NCBI RefSeq assembly: GCF_001447785.1
Contig: NW_015164664.1
Location: 124,001-188,000, forward strand
Direction of reading: 5' to 3'
DNA from: Gekko japonicus
Lineage: Eukaryota
DNA: 64,000 bases
Positions 24,601-37,346 of this stretch are shown piece by piece (the stretch's first letter is position 1; each line of letters begins with the position of its first letter). The position numbers and the translations under genes are program-made. The notes beneath the pieces are model-generated. The model saw only the letters and a program-made list of their open reading frames with translations. It was not told the origin of the DNA and made no database searches.

Positions 24601-27600
24601 AAGATAATTCAACCTGGGTTACAAAGAGCAGTCAGTACACTGTGTCAGGAAGAAACAGGAAAGTGCCCTCTGGGACTCTGAACCCAAATGGCTCTGGGGT
24701 GGGGCATGTTTGTCCTGCTCTGTTCTTGTTCACTTAAGCACACCCTGTTTTTAATCTGCGACAAGGTTGACAACACCTCAAGAAGGTGCTCTCTATGTGT
24801 TCTTAAGCAAGGATGCTTACTGATTCTCGAGCAATGGACTTACTCCTCTCCTTTTTCTTTTTACCTGACATTCCCATTGGCTGCCCACAGTCAAGCCTTC
24901 TTCCTATTCCCTATCAACATCAGCCCAGAATCCCTTCTTGGCTTCCTTTGCAGAACCATACCAATATTTCCTGAAGCACAAATATTTGCAAGAAATAAAA
25001 GTTACATGTTTTTCCTAATTTTCCTACTCCTTCCACTGCCAGTTTCCTGCTCATGCCTTGGTTTCATCCACCTAGCCAAGCAGAAATGTTAGTAGGTCAG
25101 GAACATCAAGCAATCATGCAAACACCATAAAAGAGCTTTGGAAGTCAGAAACAAGGATTATTACAGCCACAGTCTTTTTCTGGACACTACACCTCCTTCT
25201 AGACATGTGCATAGTAGGAAGAAGTACAAAGCACAAATTATCACTGTGATATTCATTCCCTTTGTTCTCCACCTATGACAAATCTTACCAAATCATCTTG
25301 CTGCACCACTACTTTTTTGGGATAATACATTCATACAACATACCCCCAAAGAACCAGCTGAATATTTTTTTATTACTGTGTACCAAAGCTAAAGCAAACA
25401 CAAGGTTAGCCTTTGGCAATTCTTAAAAGCACTTCACTTTGTACTTCCAAGATAAACGCAAACAAAAGGGAACTCAAACTTACAAAAAGATGTCTAACAA
25501 AAGCCTAGTCTTTCATAGGGGAAATAAGCACACCTTCTTCTTGAACCAGTATGGTGTAGTGGTTAAGTGTGCGGACTCTAATCTGGGAGAATCGGGTTTG
25601 ATTCCCCACTCCTCCACTTGCAATGCTGGATGACCTTGGGCAAGCCACAGTTCTGGCACAGCTGTTCTTGAAAAAAAGAGCAGTTTTTGTCAGAGCTCTC
25701 TCAGCCCCACCTACCTCATAGGGTGTCTGGTGTGAGGAGGGGAAGGGAAAGGGGTTTGTGAGCCGCTCTGAGACTCCTTTGGGTAGTGAAGGGTGGGGTA
25801 TAAATCCAATCTCCTCCTCCTCCTCTTCTTCTTCTTCTTGTGTACTACACCATACCCTCCCATTTCAGAGTGCTGCCTGGAAGGCCTTCCTCTGCCACAA
25901 TATCCACTTGGGTGACCAATAAATCAGAGAGCTCCAAACATGGAAGTAAAGTAATTCCCTCCTGACCCCTAATAAAATAGGATTCACCCTAATTTTGATC
26001 TGAGTTAATTCTATCTTCCATGAACTTCCAGTTCCAAGCAATGTTCCCTCTAAGCTGTGGAGTCTTGTGAGCAAAAATTCTACTTTGTGAGCTACTGGCA
26101 TTAAAGTTGTGAGCGAGCGATTTGGCTACTGCATAAATTAGTTTGCTCTAGAGCCATCCTTCCTGAGCTAAGGCAAAAATGTGTGACCTGGAAGCTAAAA
26201 AACTGTGAGCTAGCTCACACTAACTCAGCTTAGAGGGAACAATGGTTCCAAGGGGCCAGCTCCAGAATAGCATGCTACAAGAAACTACAGCAGCACAGCA
26301 AGGCAGCATAGCTGTGCTCATTCTGCAGATCTCTGTATGCAGACTGGATACTTGGAGAACAATTTCACATTCCAAGCACTTTTCTTTTACAATGTTTCTG
26401 TCCTTTAAAAAACTCCATGTTCATGGTATGGGTATTCCAATGGATATCTTCTCTGCTTCCACTTAATAGATACAAAGCATCTTAACCCACACCCAGTTAG
26501 CAAGGCCAGAAGGATTTAAACTTTGCTTCATAAAGCATCAACAGGATCATTACACACGAGCTTACAGACATCCACCACTGAATCTACCCTTGAATGTGTC
26601 TTCTTATATCCCAGTTAATTCTTAACTTCTACACTGCAAAGAAAAGAGACAAGTCACAAGGCAATATCTAGTAATCCTCTAGTGTTCAGATTAACTTGTA
26701 TCTACAGAATGCTTCTCTGAAAGATTGCAAAAGAATAGTAAAATGTAATTTTTAAATGGATGCCTACATTGCTATGCTTCCTGTGCTAAATGTCACAGCA
26801 CACATATGAGCCTTTCAACTGCATGCCTGAAACCTGTACAGGAAAGGCCGGCAGCAGGCACTGCTTGCTCTAGATCAAAACTGTCTTCACTGCCAAGTGA
26901 TGCATTTCAGCTTCACCTCATACAGAACCTCTCCTTTAATGACCTGTCCATACAAAAACATAACACTTTTGGTTACTCCAAAGCAAAATACTGACAAAAG
27001 CATGTTTGAAAGAAATGCCTGCAGACTTCAACACTATGAACCTCGATGCAAATATAAGCAAATGAAGAAGAGGATAAAGGAACAATAGCGAGCTAGTGTG
27101 GAGAGATAGAGACCACGGGGCCTGTATGCAGCAATCAGGGTTAAAACTCCTGCTAAGCTGGGAAGCTCACGTGGTTTCTGGCAAACCTCAGCCTCACAGA
27201 TTAACCTACATGTTAAGGATAAATAGATCTATTGTACTCTTGGGGTCATTAACCATACTTTGCAAGCTCCCATTTATGACAACAAAAATATTACCCTAGG
27301 CGCATGAGAGGGGGCAGGAAAGGGGACCAATAGCCACACTTAGCTGAGAAGCAGCCCACTCACCTCTGTAGCCTTCTGTAGATGCTGTCTGTCCTGCAAG
27401 TTCTACAAGTATATTGTCTTAGCCATAGGCCATAACACTGTCTGTCCTGCAGAAGATGGCAAAGGTAACAAGGAAAGCAAAGCAGGTTTTTTCCTCTAAA
27501 CTACTTGAAATGCCTGGAAGGCCAGATAATGAAACTGAAGCTCAAATACTTTGGCCACCAAATGAGAAGGGAGCACACACTGGAGAAGACCCTGATGCTG

Positions 27601-30600
27601 GGAAAGATTGAAGGTCAAAGAAGACGGGGACGGCAAAGGATGAGATGGTTAGAGTCATTGATGCAACGAACATGAAATTGAGCCAACTTCAGAGGACGGC
27701 AGAAGACAGGAGGGCCTGGCGTGATCTGGTCCATGGGGTCGCGAAGAGTCTGACTCGACTGTGCGACTGAACAACAACAACAACAACAACTTGAAATGCA
27801 AGTTTGCAAAGTGTGGATAATCACACAGGTGGTGCTATTCTGAGTCAGACTAGGCATGGGGGGGCGGGTAGAAGAACGCTCTCATCTGAAATCACTATAG
27901 GAGACAACTCCCATTTTTGGAACAAACAAGGCTCATATTTTAAAATAAAGAGAGTCTTCTTTCCAAGTGCCTTTTCAGTCTGAACTTCCTCAAGGGAGGG
28001 CAGACATATTCGCTCTCTACCCAGAGCTCCCTTTCTGAAGGAAGGACTATGTGAGCCAGGAATGCATGCTATGAAGGAGTTATTTATACCGAGCATCAGC
28101 ACAGCTGGGTGACAAAGAACTGAAGCCCAGTATTGAAATCCATTCAAATGACACTTGGCCTTGCACAGCAGTCTGGCCTAGAGTCTCTGATTGGGCTCCT
28201 GCCTTTCCAGGAAATCTCCAAGAACATTCACAAAGGGGGCAGGGAGTGGCCTTTCTTGGAAGTGCTGAAACAAAGTGAACTGAAGGGCCAAGCACAAGGG
28301 AAAACACGCATACACCCCCTCCATGAGCTGTAATCTCTCTCCTTTCTTTAAAGCACTGGTTTTTATCCTGAGTGTTGGGACCTTCAGGTGAGCCATCAGT
28401 CCCTACAAAGTATCCTCCCCCAGAGTTTTTGAGAAGGAGCTGCAGCTACTGCACATGCCGCTAATGCGCATGCAAACAGATCATGGGTGCCATGCCACTT
28501 GTCTCTCGTTGTATATGCTTGCACCTCAGCATCAGGACAGCATAGTGAGGTCACTCAGGAGTGGAGAGAATTCCTATTCTAGCGCAGGCAGGTTCAGATG
28601 CCACCCAACCCACAATCCCTCCCTTGCCTTCTGTCTACTCCTGCTGCCTAGCACAGCCAGGTCCACACTGCCACAACCCACAATTCATTTCTCCACCACA
28701 CGTATCTTCTTCCTGCGCAAAGCCCCTCTTCCCCGCTAAAGCAGTTCTTTGTCTTCTCTCTTTCCCCTCCACTTCACTCTACCACTGTTGCTCTTCTGCC
28801 AGTGAGACATTCATTGTTCAGTACCTGTGCTTCCTGCATGTAAGCCCCTTCCCCAAAAATTATCTCTTGCTTTCTTTTCCACTTCCTCAGCCCAGATCCA
28901 CAGCCAACAGTCAAGACCACAACATTCTGCATGTCTGCTTGCAGAATGAAATGCCCCTCACTGACAAAATGAATCTTTGGGAGAGGTGCTCCAGAGTCAA
29001 CAAGCAATGGACAGCTAGAGACGATGGCAAGGAAAATAGGGGGAAAGGGAAAGGAGAAACGTAAGGCAGGGGAGCAGTTCCGCAGCAGGGAAAGACATCT
29101 GAACCTGCCTGTGCTGGCTTGTTCTTCACTACAGTATACTTTCTGCTATGCATGGGTCTGTCTTCAACTGCCCACTGTTCTGGCCCTAATACTGATGAGG
29201 TCATAACTCTGGCTCCTCCTGTTCTCATCACATGTCCAAGGTCACAGTTTCCTTTTTAGTAATCTGCTTGCAAATAAGTCCAATTCTAATTCCTGGGGGC
29301 TGTCAGACTATTATAAGGAAGTATGAGAGATTATTATAGAACATACCACTGGAAAATTCCTAGTATAAAAGTGTAATGTTCAGGAGCTGCCAACTTTTAA
29401 GGCATCAATGAGGAAGGGGTTTATTGTTATCAAACTTATAGACATGTGAGATTTTCTGAGTCATGGAGAAGACCATTCCTTGCCACTCTTTCCAAGCAAT
29501 GACAGCAAAAGTATTTCCTAAACTTGCACTGCTCACAGATGTAGATGGGGTTGCGGTCTCCAAACGTTTGTCCTTGGCATCAAACTGTACTACACAGAGA
29601 AATCAGGACAAGGAGATGACATGCAGGGAAAGGAGGCTGAACCAATACGAGCCTCCTGTACAGAGAAACTCCTTGCAAAAATCAACAATCACAGGAACTT
29701 CAGAGAAAACAGTACAGGGAATTCTACTCAATTACACTTTCATTATGCATTAAGTTCTAGCAACTGTAGCATCCCTACCAAGCACAGGGGGCAGTGAGAA
29801 ACACTCATTGGAGCCCAGAAACCCAAGGATAGCTGATAGGGCAACCAGGACAGAGGTTGCTCAGTATTCCCTTCTATGCTAGTCTCCCTTAAGGCTCTGC
29901 ATTTAGTATCAGGGATCTGGAAGAAAGAAAAGGCCATCTAATCCACCCTCCTGCTACATCACCACCCTTCAAAATCTGTTTAAGCTACCAGTACTTTGCT
30001 CTCTGACTAAAAAGCCCTTATTTTTAATTAGAGTGTTTTATACTTATACTAACCGCAACAGTTCTTTAGCAGCATAAAAGAGTTCTAGTTCAATGGTGGT
30101 TTGAATTAAGTCCCATCAGATGGCAGTACAGTAACTACAGTAGTTAACTCTACCTGCTAATAATTTATACGCCACACCCCATGACCCATAAACCTTGCAG
30201 CCTAGTTCCAGAAATATGGAATTGGGTTGTGATTACTCAGAGCTGAAGCCCAGATGCTTTCTTTCTTTCTTTTTTCAAAGCCATGTTTCAGAATTACACC
30301 CTGACACTGAATGCTGATTCCTTTGGTGGATCTAAGCAATCCCAAAAGCCAAAACTGGCCTCCAAACTTCAGAGTGCCTAAGTGATGCAATTTTCTTATC
30401 CTTTGTGGACACAACTCCTATGTCTTTTCAGTGACTCCTATGTCTTTTATGTGACATCAACAGGTACTCTCCTCTCCCATTCCTGCAACTCTGACTGAAC
30501 ACACATCACCTGTTGAACTGTATGGCATGCAATTTCTAAAAGCAAAAGGACAATACTTTTATTGTGAGCTTTAAAAAGTCACAAGGTAGCAAAGGATTTC

Positions 30601-31305
30601 AAGAGGCAGGGAAAGGAGGGGGAAGAAACACTGCTGGCAAAAGGCCTGGAAGTAGCCACATCTGCAAGTAGTTCACAGCGCAATACCTAGAGTAACTCTC
30701 AGTAACACTGCCGGGAAAGGAAAGAGGAAGGGGGAAAGACGTAGAAAGTCTTCGCTCTGCTGTGGTCCAGTGACGACGGATCAGGAAGTCCTCCGTTCGA
30801 ATCTCGCCTTTTAACTGAGCGGCCTTGGGCAACTTTCACAAGCCTGATGTAAGGAGTGCAATTAATTCGTGCCATTAATTCTCTCCTCTCCCCGCCCCCG
30901 CCTTTCGGGTCTCACCTTCCACCCGGCTGAGCTGTTGCTGTCTCCCTTGTCGCGGAAATAAGGCACGGAACGGACCATCCACTCGTAGATCTGTGCCAGG
31001 GTGAGCCGCTTATCCGGGGCGCTCTCGATGGCCTGGCTGATTAAGTCGGCGTACGACTGGCTACCCCAAGCATTGCGACGCGCCCCGCCGCTGCTCCCGC
31101 CGCCGCCGCTCTTCTCGGGGCTCCCTAGCCCGCTCCCGGATCCTACCCCCCCGCCTGGTTCTGGGTCGGGTTCCGCCGACGCCCCTGCCAGCTCCGGCCG
31201 GGGTAGAGGCCATGTGCAAGAACGTGGCCGGCTCTGTGGAGGGAACTCGGGGTCCAAGGCCGCCTCCGCACCCGCCGCCGAGGGGCTCCCAGACGCCTCT
31301 GCCAT
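18652..31305 (-). CDS. FOXO4: Forkhead box protein O4 (537 aa)
   Basis: Exon 1 31305-30916 (MAEAS...RPRSCTWP...[14 protein letters not shown]...[10 protein letters not shown]). Exon 2 19875-18652 ([10 protein letters not shown]...[25 protein letters not shown]...[33 protein letters not shown]...WVPS*). Three AKT motifs. Adjacency to SNX12 supports the O4 paralogue. Confidence 0.93.
22320..22946 (+). mobile_element. Solo LTR (Gypsy-like)
   Basis: TG...CA ends with imperfect inverted termini tgtcatgggc/gcccataaca; 5-bp TSD acagc/acaac; TATA-like ggctataagg; internal gaccc.ggcttggct repeats. Confidence 0.7.
23695..24015 (-). mobile_element. BovB (RTE) LINE 3' fragment
   Basis: ORF 23752-24018 [19 protein letters not shown]...[36 protein letters not shown]; (caa)n tail. 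Confidence 0.9.
25543..25839 (+). mobile_element. tRNA-derived SINE (Squam3-like)
   Basis: A box tggtgtagtggttaa, B box ggtttgattcc, body ctctcagccccacctacctca, (tct)n tail. Confidence 0.8.
26039..26244 (-). mobile_element. hAT-type MITE, family copy 2
   Basis: TIRs caatgttccctctaagct / agcttagagggaacaatg; perfect 8-bp TSD gttccaag. Confidence 0.9.
27514..27788 (+). mobile_element. BovB (RTE) LINE 3' fragment
   Basis: Same sequence family as 23695-24015; (aac)n tail; 11-bp TSD acttgaaatgc. Confidence 0.9.
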
Positions 31306-31980
31306 GGCGCCCCTTCCGCTCTCGCGCTCCCTCAGCGCCGCCACATCACCTCCGTCTCCTCAGGGCCACAAAGCACTCGCTGACTGACTAGCGCGCAGGC
31401 GCTCCGCAGTCCCCCTTCCCCCCCCCCAGGAAGGTATAGCCCAATCCCCCTCAGGCCGTACCGAATGTTCTCCCCTTTCGATTAATGGCACCGTCCGCCT
31501 CGCCTTTCTCCTCCGAGGCTCGACGCCCGGCCTTGGCGCGCGCGCGCGCACTCGCTTTCACCTTCCCCCCCACACCTCGCTCCCGCCTCTTTGCCCGAAC
31601 AAGCTTCGCCAACCAGAGCACCCAGCCGCACGGCAACACTGTTTACCGGACTTCGGGAGATATCTACGCTTGCGCGCTGCGGTGTATCTTGGGAGGCGTA
31701 GTCCCGCGAACGGACTACGTGGAGAAACAGACGCTTGAGAGGACTCGATCTCCCATAGAACAGAGCGCAGCCCAGCTCTAGAAAGAATACCGTGGCAAGC
31801 CGTGCTAGCTGGAAAAACTGCAAGTCCCAGAGAGCAGTAGCTTCCCCTTATTCTTCCTCCGGCCTTAGACATTACATAACCAATCGGCTTGCTTGAAAAC
31901 AAACCTTCCGTGCCGAACTGGGCGACTCGGCTCTTCCACTCTTCGGCTATTGTGGCCCCGAGACGCTACGCCCTCCCCTC
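30750..31980 (-). promoter_or_regulatory. FOXO4 CpG-island promoter and exon 1
   Basis: High CpG density; ZNF143/SBS-like motifs (31690-31702 minus; actgcaagtcccag 31817-31830); forkhead core TGTTTAC 31640-31646; CCAAT near 31879. Confidence 0.75.
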
Positions 31981-33063
31981 CAGCTCTGTGTCCTGAGTGT
32001 TTCCTAAATATCAAATGTGGCATCTAAATTTTGAACGGCATTCCTCCCACGCGTTACGTTTTAGTGCATCAAAGACCATTCACTGTTCTGAGTGGCTCTT
32101 ATGAAAAAGAAAGGCGGCCAATAAATTAATTGAAATAAAATAAACTTTCCAAGCATGATTGCTTTCTTGTTGTCCACTACTTGTTATTTTTTCCCCATGC
32201 AACTACAAGGCTTCTCAACCAAAATCCGGTGGCTTCACTTGTCGTCTATAGCAGTGAGAAGAGCCAGGCACACCACAGGAAAGTCCTCCAAAAATGTTTT
32301 GTATACCCCTTCTCATCTCTGAATAGTTACACACAAAACACACGATGAGACAAAATGTGCTGGGTTTATTTACTTCACTGTCATGAACATGTATAATTTT
32401 ACTTAATATCATTTAGGACTTCAAGCTTCATTCTCTGTAATCAGGAAAGCTACAACTGCATCTTGAGCATTCACACAACTCTCCCTCTCCATCAACAAAC
32501 GCATGCACAGTTTTATCACAAGTTTAACAAACTCAAACTAAAGGTTTCAATAAACCTTTCAGACAATAAGACATGTAGCTGTGCCATAACGGCCAGCTGG
32601 CAACTCTGGATGAGAATGGCTGCTAAAATGTTTCCAGCATATTCCAATTTAAGTCTGTGTTCTCACCCCACATTATAATGTGTGCCTTGTGAACACTAAT
32701 ACAGCACAGAAACTCAAAAACTGAGTGGGTACACTAGTCAATGCAGTGTTTTTAATTCTAATTACAAATATAGGAAACACGAACAACTGGTCTTTAAACA
32801 TCGCTTATGAAAATAGCCAGAACAGTTGCTCCCAGAACTTTCCTTTTTGTTGTTTTTCTCTAGTTTTCACATATGCTGCCACCTTCTGAGATGCAACCAA
32901 CAGTGCAGCTTCTTAGCCACACATTTTATGACAAAGGTCTTTTCCATCTCAGATCCAAACCTTCCAGCTGTAGCTGCATCAATACATAGCTATATTATCT
33001 ATGTACTGAGAGTCAACAGGCAAGCCTAGTCTGGAAACAAAGATACAGTGTGGAAGCCACACG

Positions 33064-34792
33064 TGACAATGTTGCTAGTGCTGCCAATGCGCTAAAGGTG
33101 CTAAGGTTCTTTTACTTGTGTGGCTAGCCAATAAACCACACAGTGATCACAATCATCCAGGCAGTAAAGGGTAATAAAAAGTATTTATTTGAATAAAGGA
33201 GCACCTCACAGGGTGGGTGTTCAGTGAGCAAATACAGAAAGCAGACTTATATACTCTTCTTGCTCCTCCTCACTTTACATCATCACTGACATCATGTAGA
33301 CATGCTCAGTTCAGTTTTCTTTGTCTGGCCAGTCATCAATCACATATTTGGCACACAGGATGTTGCTTGGCTGCATTTTCACTCCTACAATGCAGGTGCA
33401 GATCATTACTTTTGATTTGTGACTTTGTTTACTCCTTTGGCCAAACTCCCAGACTTCTGTTACCTTTGACTGAACTTTCAGACTCAGTTCATTCTCAGTA
33501 TTAAACTCTGTCAGTTCTTGTCATCAAACATGAATACATGTATATAGAAATATAACAGCACTTTTAAAACAGTCCTATAAGCTTATTTTCACTAACAAGT
33601 ATACAAAATATGAAAACAATATCATTATAATGACATTCTAAAGCATTAAACTCCTTACATGAATTCTTTTAGTATTATAAAATAGCTTGTTGCATTAAAC
33701 TCTTGTAGGTGCATTGAATCCATGTTCTAATTTTCATTTTGGCTTATCAGAATGTTTTTGGTCATTTTATGAAGCCTTTTTCTGTTAAAATTAAAGTTTA
33801 TAATTTGTAAAACACATAGTTCAGTTTAGCCCGTAGGAGACACTGTTCCACAATACAAATTCTGTACCTCCCAATTGACCCTTTTTAATTGATGCTAAAA
33901 AATGACTTTTGTTCTTGGCTGAACTTACATACAACTGGTAGTACCGGGGTACTCCTTAAAACTTCAAAGCATGATTGATTACTCTGTTTTTCCCAAAGCT
34001 CTTGGAACATCTCTCTCCCCCCCCCCCGTTAGTTCTTTCAACTTAGTTTCTTTATTATGTCAGCTGGGTCATTTGTACACCTGCTTGTGTATAATGATCT
34101 CTCTTCCAGCAGACAGTCTTTGTTCAAAACTTAAAACCTTTCTATAGCAAAGCTTACAGTTAATAAAGAACATTTGCTTTTCATACATACCTTACACATT
34201 AACTTGTCTTAAACATAACATTCTAAAAACAGACACACCAATTAGATCAATAGAAGAGATTTCTCTCTGTTACAATATATAATATCATTGTTTTACTCCA
34301 ATTAAACTCTTCCCTTTGAAGTAAAAGAGGGAACAGTTGGCAGTGATGCAAGCTTTCCCAGTTAGCATTACTAGCAAGCAATGCTTTTTGTTATTCCAGT
34401 TAAAAATGCAAACAGCGTCTTTTTCTTCTTTATGATGCAACATCCCCAGCTTAAAGAGTAACATAGCCTGGGTTTCCCTTATTTACTAAAACTCAGAAAC
34501 CACTCCATCTGAACTATAGGCTTTAATTGTCAGCTATAGACATTCAGAGTTGTTATATGGTACTCAGAAAAACTTAATATAAATGTTGCATAGAGAATAC
34601 GATTGCACTTTATTTAACCCTACTCCTTGGCTTCGCTGGTGCCCTGCCAGGTCAACTTGACCCACTAAATTGAAATTGGCAGAGAAAACAGAACCCCTGC
34701 AATAATTTCCCAATTAAAAGGTTACATCACAAATACTCCCTTTTTCTTTGAAACAAGGGCTAGAAAAACATGTATTCTAAAACAGGTTGTCA
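33064..34792 (-). mobile_element. Possible LTR-derived insertion
   Basis: tgacaa...ttgtca ends; TATA-like then AATAAA on the minus strand near 33250 and 33185; AT-rich. No clear TSD. Confidence 0.25.
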
Positions 34793-35057
34793 ACTCTCCA
34801 GGAGATTCCCAGAGAATTTCTTCCCAAAGGCGTCTGTAAAACAGCAATAATCAATTTAAAAAATCATTTGAACCCAGGCACCCTCTACACTAGCATGAAT
34901 GAAATTTTGAGAACTCACATTTTAGATCTGGGAGTAAGATGTGATAACCAAAATTTTGAACTTGTGGCTCTATACAGTGTTAGGATCAGGCTGCACTACT
35001 GAAAACAGGATTGCAGGGGGTTTTCCCTTCAAGTCACAGCTGACTTGTGGTGACCCT

Positions 35058-35802
35058 AGTTTGAGTCCAGTGGTACTCAACAAAGTTTTATTCAAGGTAT
35101 AAGCTTTTGTGTGCACGCACACTTCTTCAGATACAATGAAATGGAAGTTACCAGTCCGTACATATAGGTAGAGAGTGAGCAGTAAATTAGCATACAACAT
35201 GACGAAGATGTTTAACAGATTGGTTACTATTTGTTTGGGTTTATTCCGGGGGACAGTGAAGGAAATAAATATGCCAAAATTGGAGATTAATGGGCAGATC
35301 TATCCTTAATTGTGGAATGCTGAGAGGAAATAACCGAGACCCTGCCATTACGCTCCATCTGTCTCCTCTCAAGCATGGAGGCAACCTTACAGCATCTTCT
35401 TCTTCAAAGTGGGGCGACTGGCTGCATAGAGTATCAGGGGAGATTATGCTCGGCGTTCCACAATTAAGGATACATCTGCCCATCAATCTCCAATTTTGAT
35501 ATATTTATTTCCTTTACTATGTTTCCCCCTGGAATTAAATGGTAACCATATAAACTAAGCTTGTTATTCCTGTTTGGTCCTTGAATCTGTTAAATATCTT
35601 CGTAATGTTGTATGCTAATTTACTGTTCACCCTCTACCTATATGTATGGACTGGTAAGTTCCCTTTCTTTGTACCTGAAGAAGTGTGCATGCACACAAAA
35701 GCTTATATCTTGAATAAAACTTTGTTGGTCTTAAAGGTGCCACTGGACTCAAACTTAGTTCTGCTGCTTCGGACCAACATGGCTACCCACCTGAATCTAT
35801 CT
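35058..35802. mobile_element. Fold-back Penelope-like element remnant with hammerhead motifs
   Basis: Inverted arms about 35058-35324 and 35449-35760; ends ggctacccacctgaatctat; 13-bp TSD ttRtggtgaccct; inserted into the tail of a 5S-derived SINE. Confidence 0.75.
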
Positions 35803-35965
35803 TTATGGTGACCCTGTAGAGTTTTCAAAGCAAGAGGTGTTCAGTGGGGGACTGCCATTGCCTGCCTCTACATTACTACCCAGTGCTTCCTTGGTGGTCT
35901 ATCCAAATACTAACCAGGGCCAACCTTGCTTAGCTTCCATGATTTGACAAGACTGGGCAAGTCTC
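35803..35965 (-). mobile_element. 5S rRNA-derived SINE; its tail continues at about 35030-35057
   Basis: Reverse complement ggaagctaagcaaggttggccctggttagtatttggatagaccaccaaggaa matches the 5S internal control region. Confidence 0.75.
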
Positions 35966-36624
35966 TACTGTAGAAAATACCAACTCTCCAACACCCAACT
36001 AAGGCCAACTGTGAATCCTACAGCTTATTTCTTTATATATATATAATAACCATAATGAGGAAGGAGAGAGAACAGAGAAAACATGAGTCAATAACTTCAG
36101 TTTTCTCTTTGAGCCAAAATACACATAATGAGATGCTGTCTACGATGTAAAAAAAAAGAGCCAATTTTCCTTTAATGAGTTTTAAGTTGTTCCTATTGGA
36201 TGTGAGATGTATAATGGTTAGTCTGTGAGCTGTGTAAGTTAGGTTAGACATTTTGGAAATAATTTCCATAGTTAACAAAACAATTTCCATAGTTAACTGA
36301 ACATTAAGGGTTGCTGGCAAGCAGAATTCCGAAGACCTTTTGAGACTCAGATGAGTTTTTAAAGTTACATTTTAGAGGTTACAAAACAAATTATCACTCC
36401 AAAAAGTATAGAACATTTTAATAGTGCTAAATGACTTAATGATAAGAATCGGATCAGAAAAAATGTTCCAATGGGCGCAAACTCTTCCTCCTACCCCAAC
36501 AACACACATAATACTGATGTTATTTTTTAAAAAAAATGTATCCCACAAACGGTCAGTTAAATGTATCTCTCAAGGTGGCTTACAAGTGTAAACTATTAGC
36601 AGTAGAAAAATATTAACAAACTAA

Positions 36625-36967
36625 GGCCCCGGTCACACGGCAAAGTTGCCACGGGAGAGGCACGGAAGGTGGGCGGATTATCCAGGCGCGATCACACCCC
36701 AACATCTGGGAAGTGGAGTGCACCCGTGGCTTACTGCCAACAATGCGCATTTAAAAACTAGTACCTCCAAGGTACTAGTAAACATTTGCCATGTGGTGTG
36801 ATCGCGCCGGCGCGTGGCATTCCCCTCCGGTCCGTTTACCCGCCGGCACCGAGGGAAGGACCTGTGGTGTGCCGCCGGTGCGTCTGATCACGTAATCGTG
36901 GATCAAACTGCGCCGGGGCAATTAGCCACGCCTCCACCCACAATATCCGGCCTTTGTGACCGGGGCC
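36625..36967 (+). mobile_element. PIF/Harbinger-type MITE
   Basis: TIRs ggccccggtcaca / tgtgaccggggcc; TAA TSD on both sides; central palindrome actagtacct-cca-aggtactagt. Confidence 0.85.
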
Positions 36968-37058
36968 TAACATTAACAACTGGGAAAGGCCGGTTCAAAA
37001 ACAGGTTAAACCACACCAAATACATAATAAAACCAGCACATATACCATAAAACGAGCA

Positions 37059-37346
37059 GAACAGCGTTTGAGTCCAATGGCACCTTTAAGACCAACAAAG
37101 TTTTATTTTAGGTGTAAGCTTTAGTGTGCAAGCAAATTTCCTCAGACATATTGAAACAAAATTTCTTCAAGGCTTACATACAGGAAGATGGGGCTTGAAG
37201 AAATTTTGTTTCACTTTGTCTAAGGAAGTGTGCTTGCACACGAAAAGTTTACACCTTAAATAAAACTCTGTTGGTCTTAAAGGTGCCATTGGACCCAACC
37301 TTTGTTCTGCTACTTCAGACGAACACAGCTACCCACCTGAATCTAT
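37059..37346. mobile_element. Short fold-back Penelope-like element remnant
   Basis: Inverted arms of about 110 bp; same 3' end as the 35058 element; perfect 13-bp TSD cataaaacgagca. Confidence 0.75.

Noticed and set aside
25543-25620. tRNA gene
   Set aside because: A and B boxes are present but there is no cloverleaf, and the sequence runs into a SINE body.
28561-29064. 167-aa ORF antisense within FOXO4 intron 1
   Set aside because: Non-ATG start, no domain signature and no supporting splice chain.
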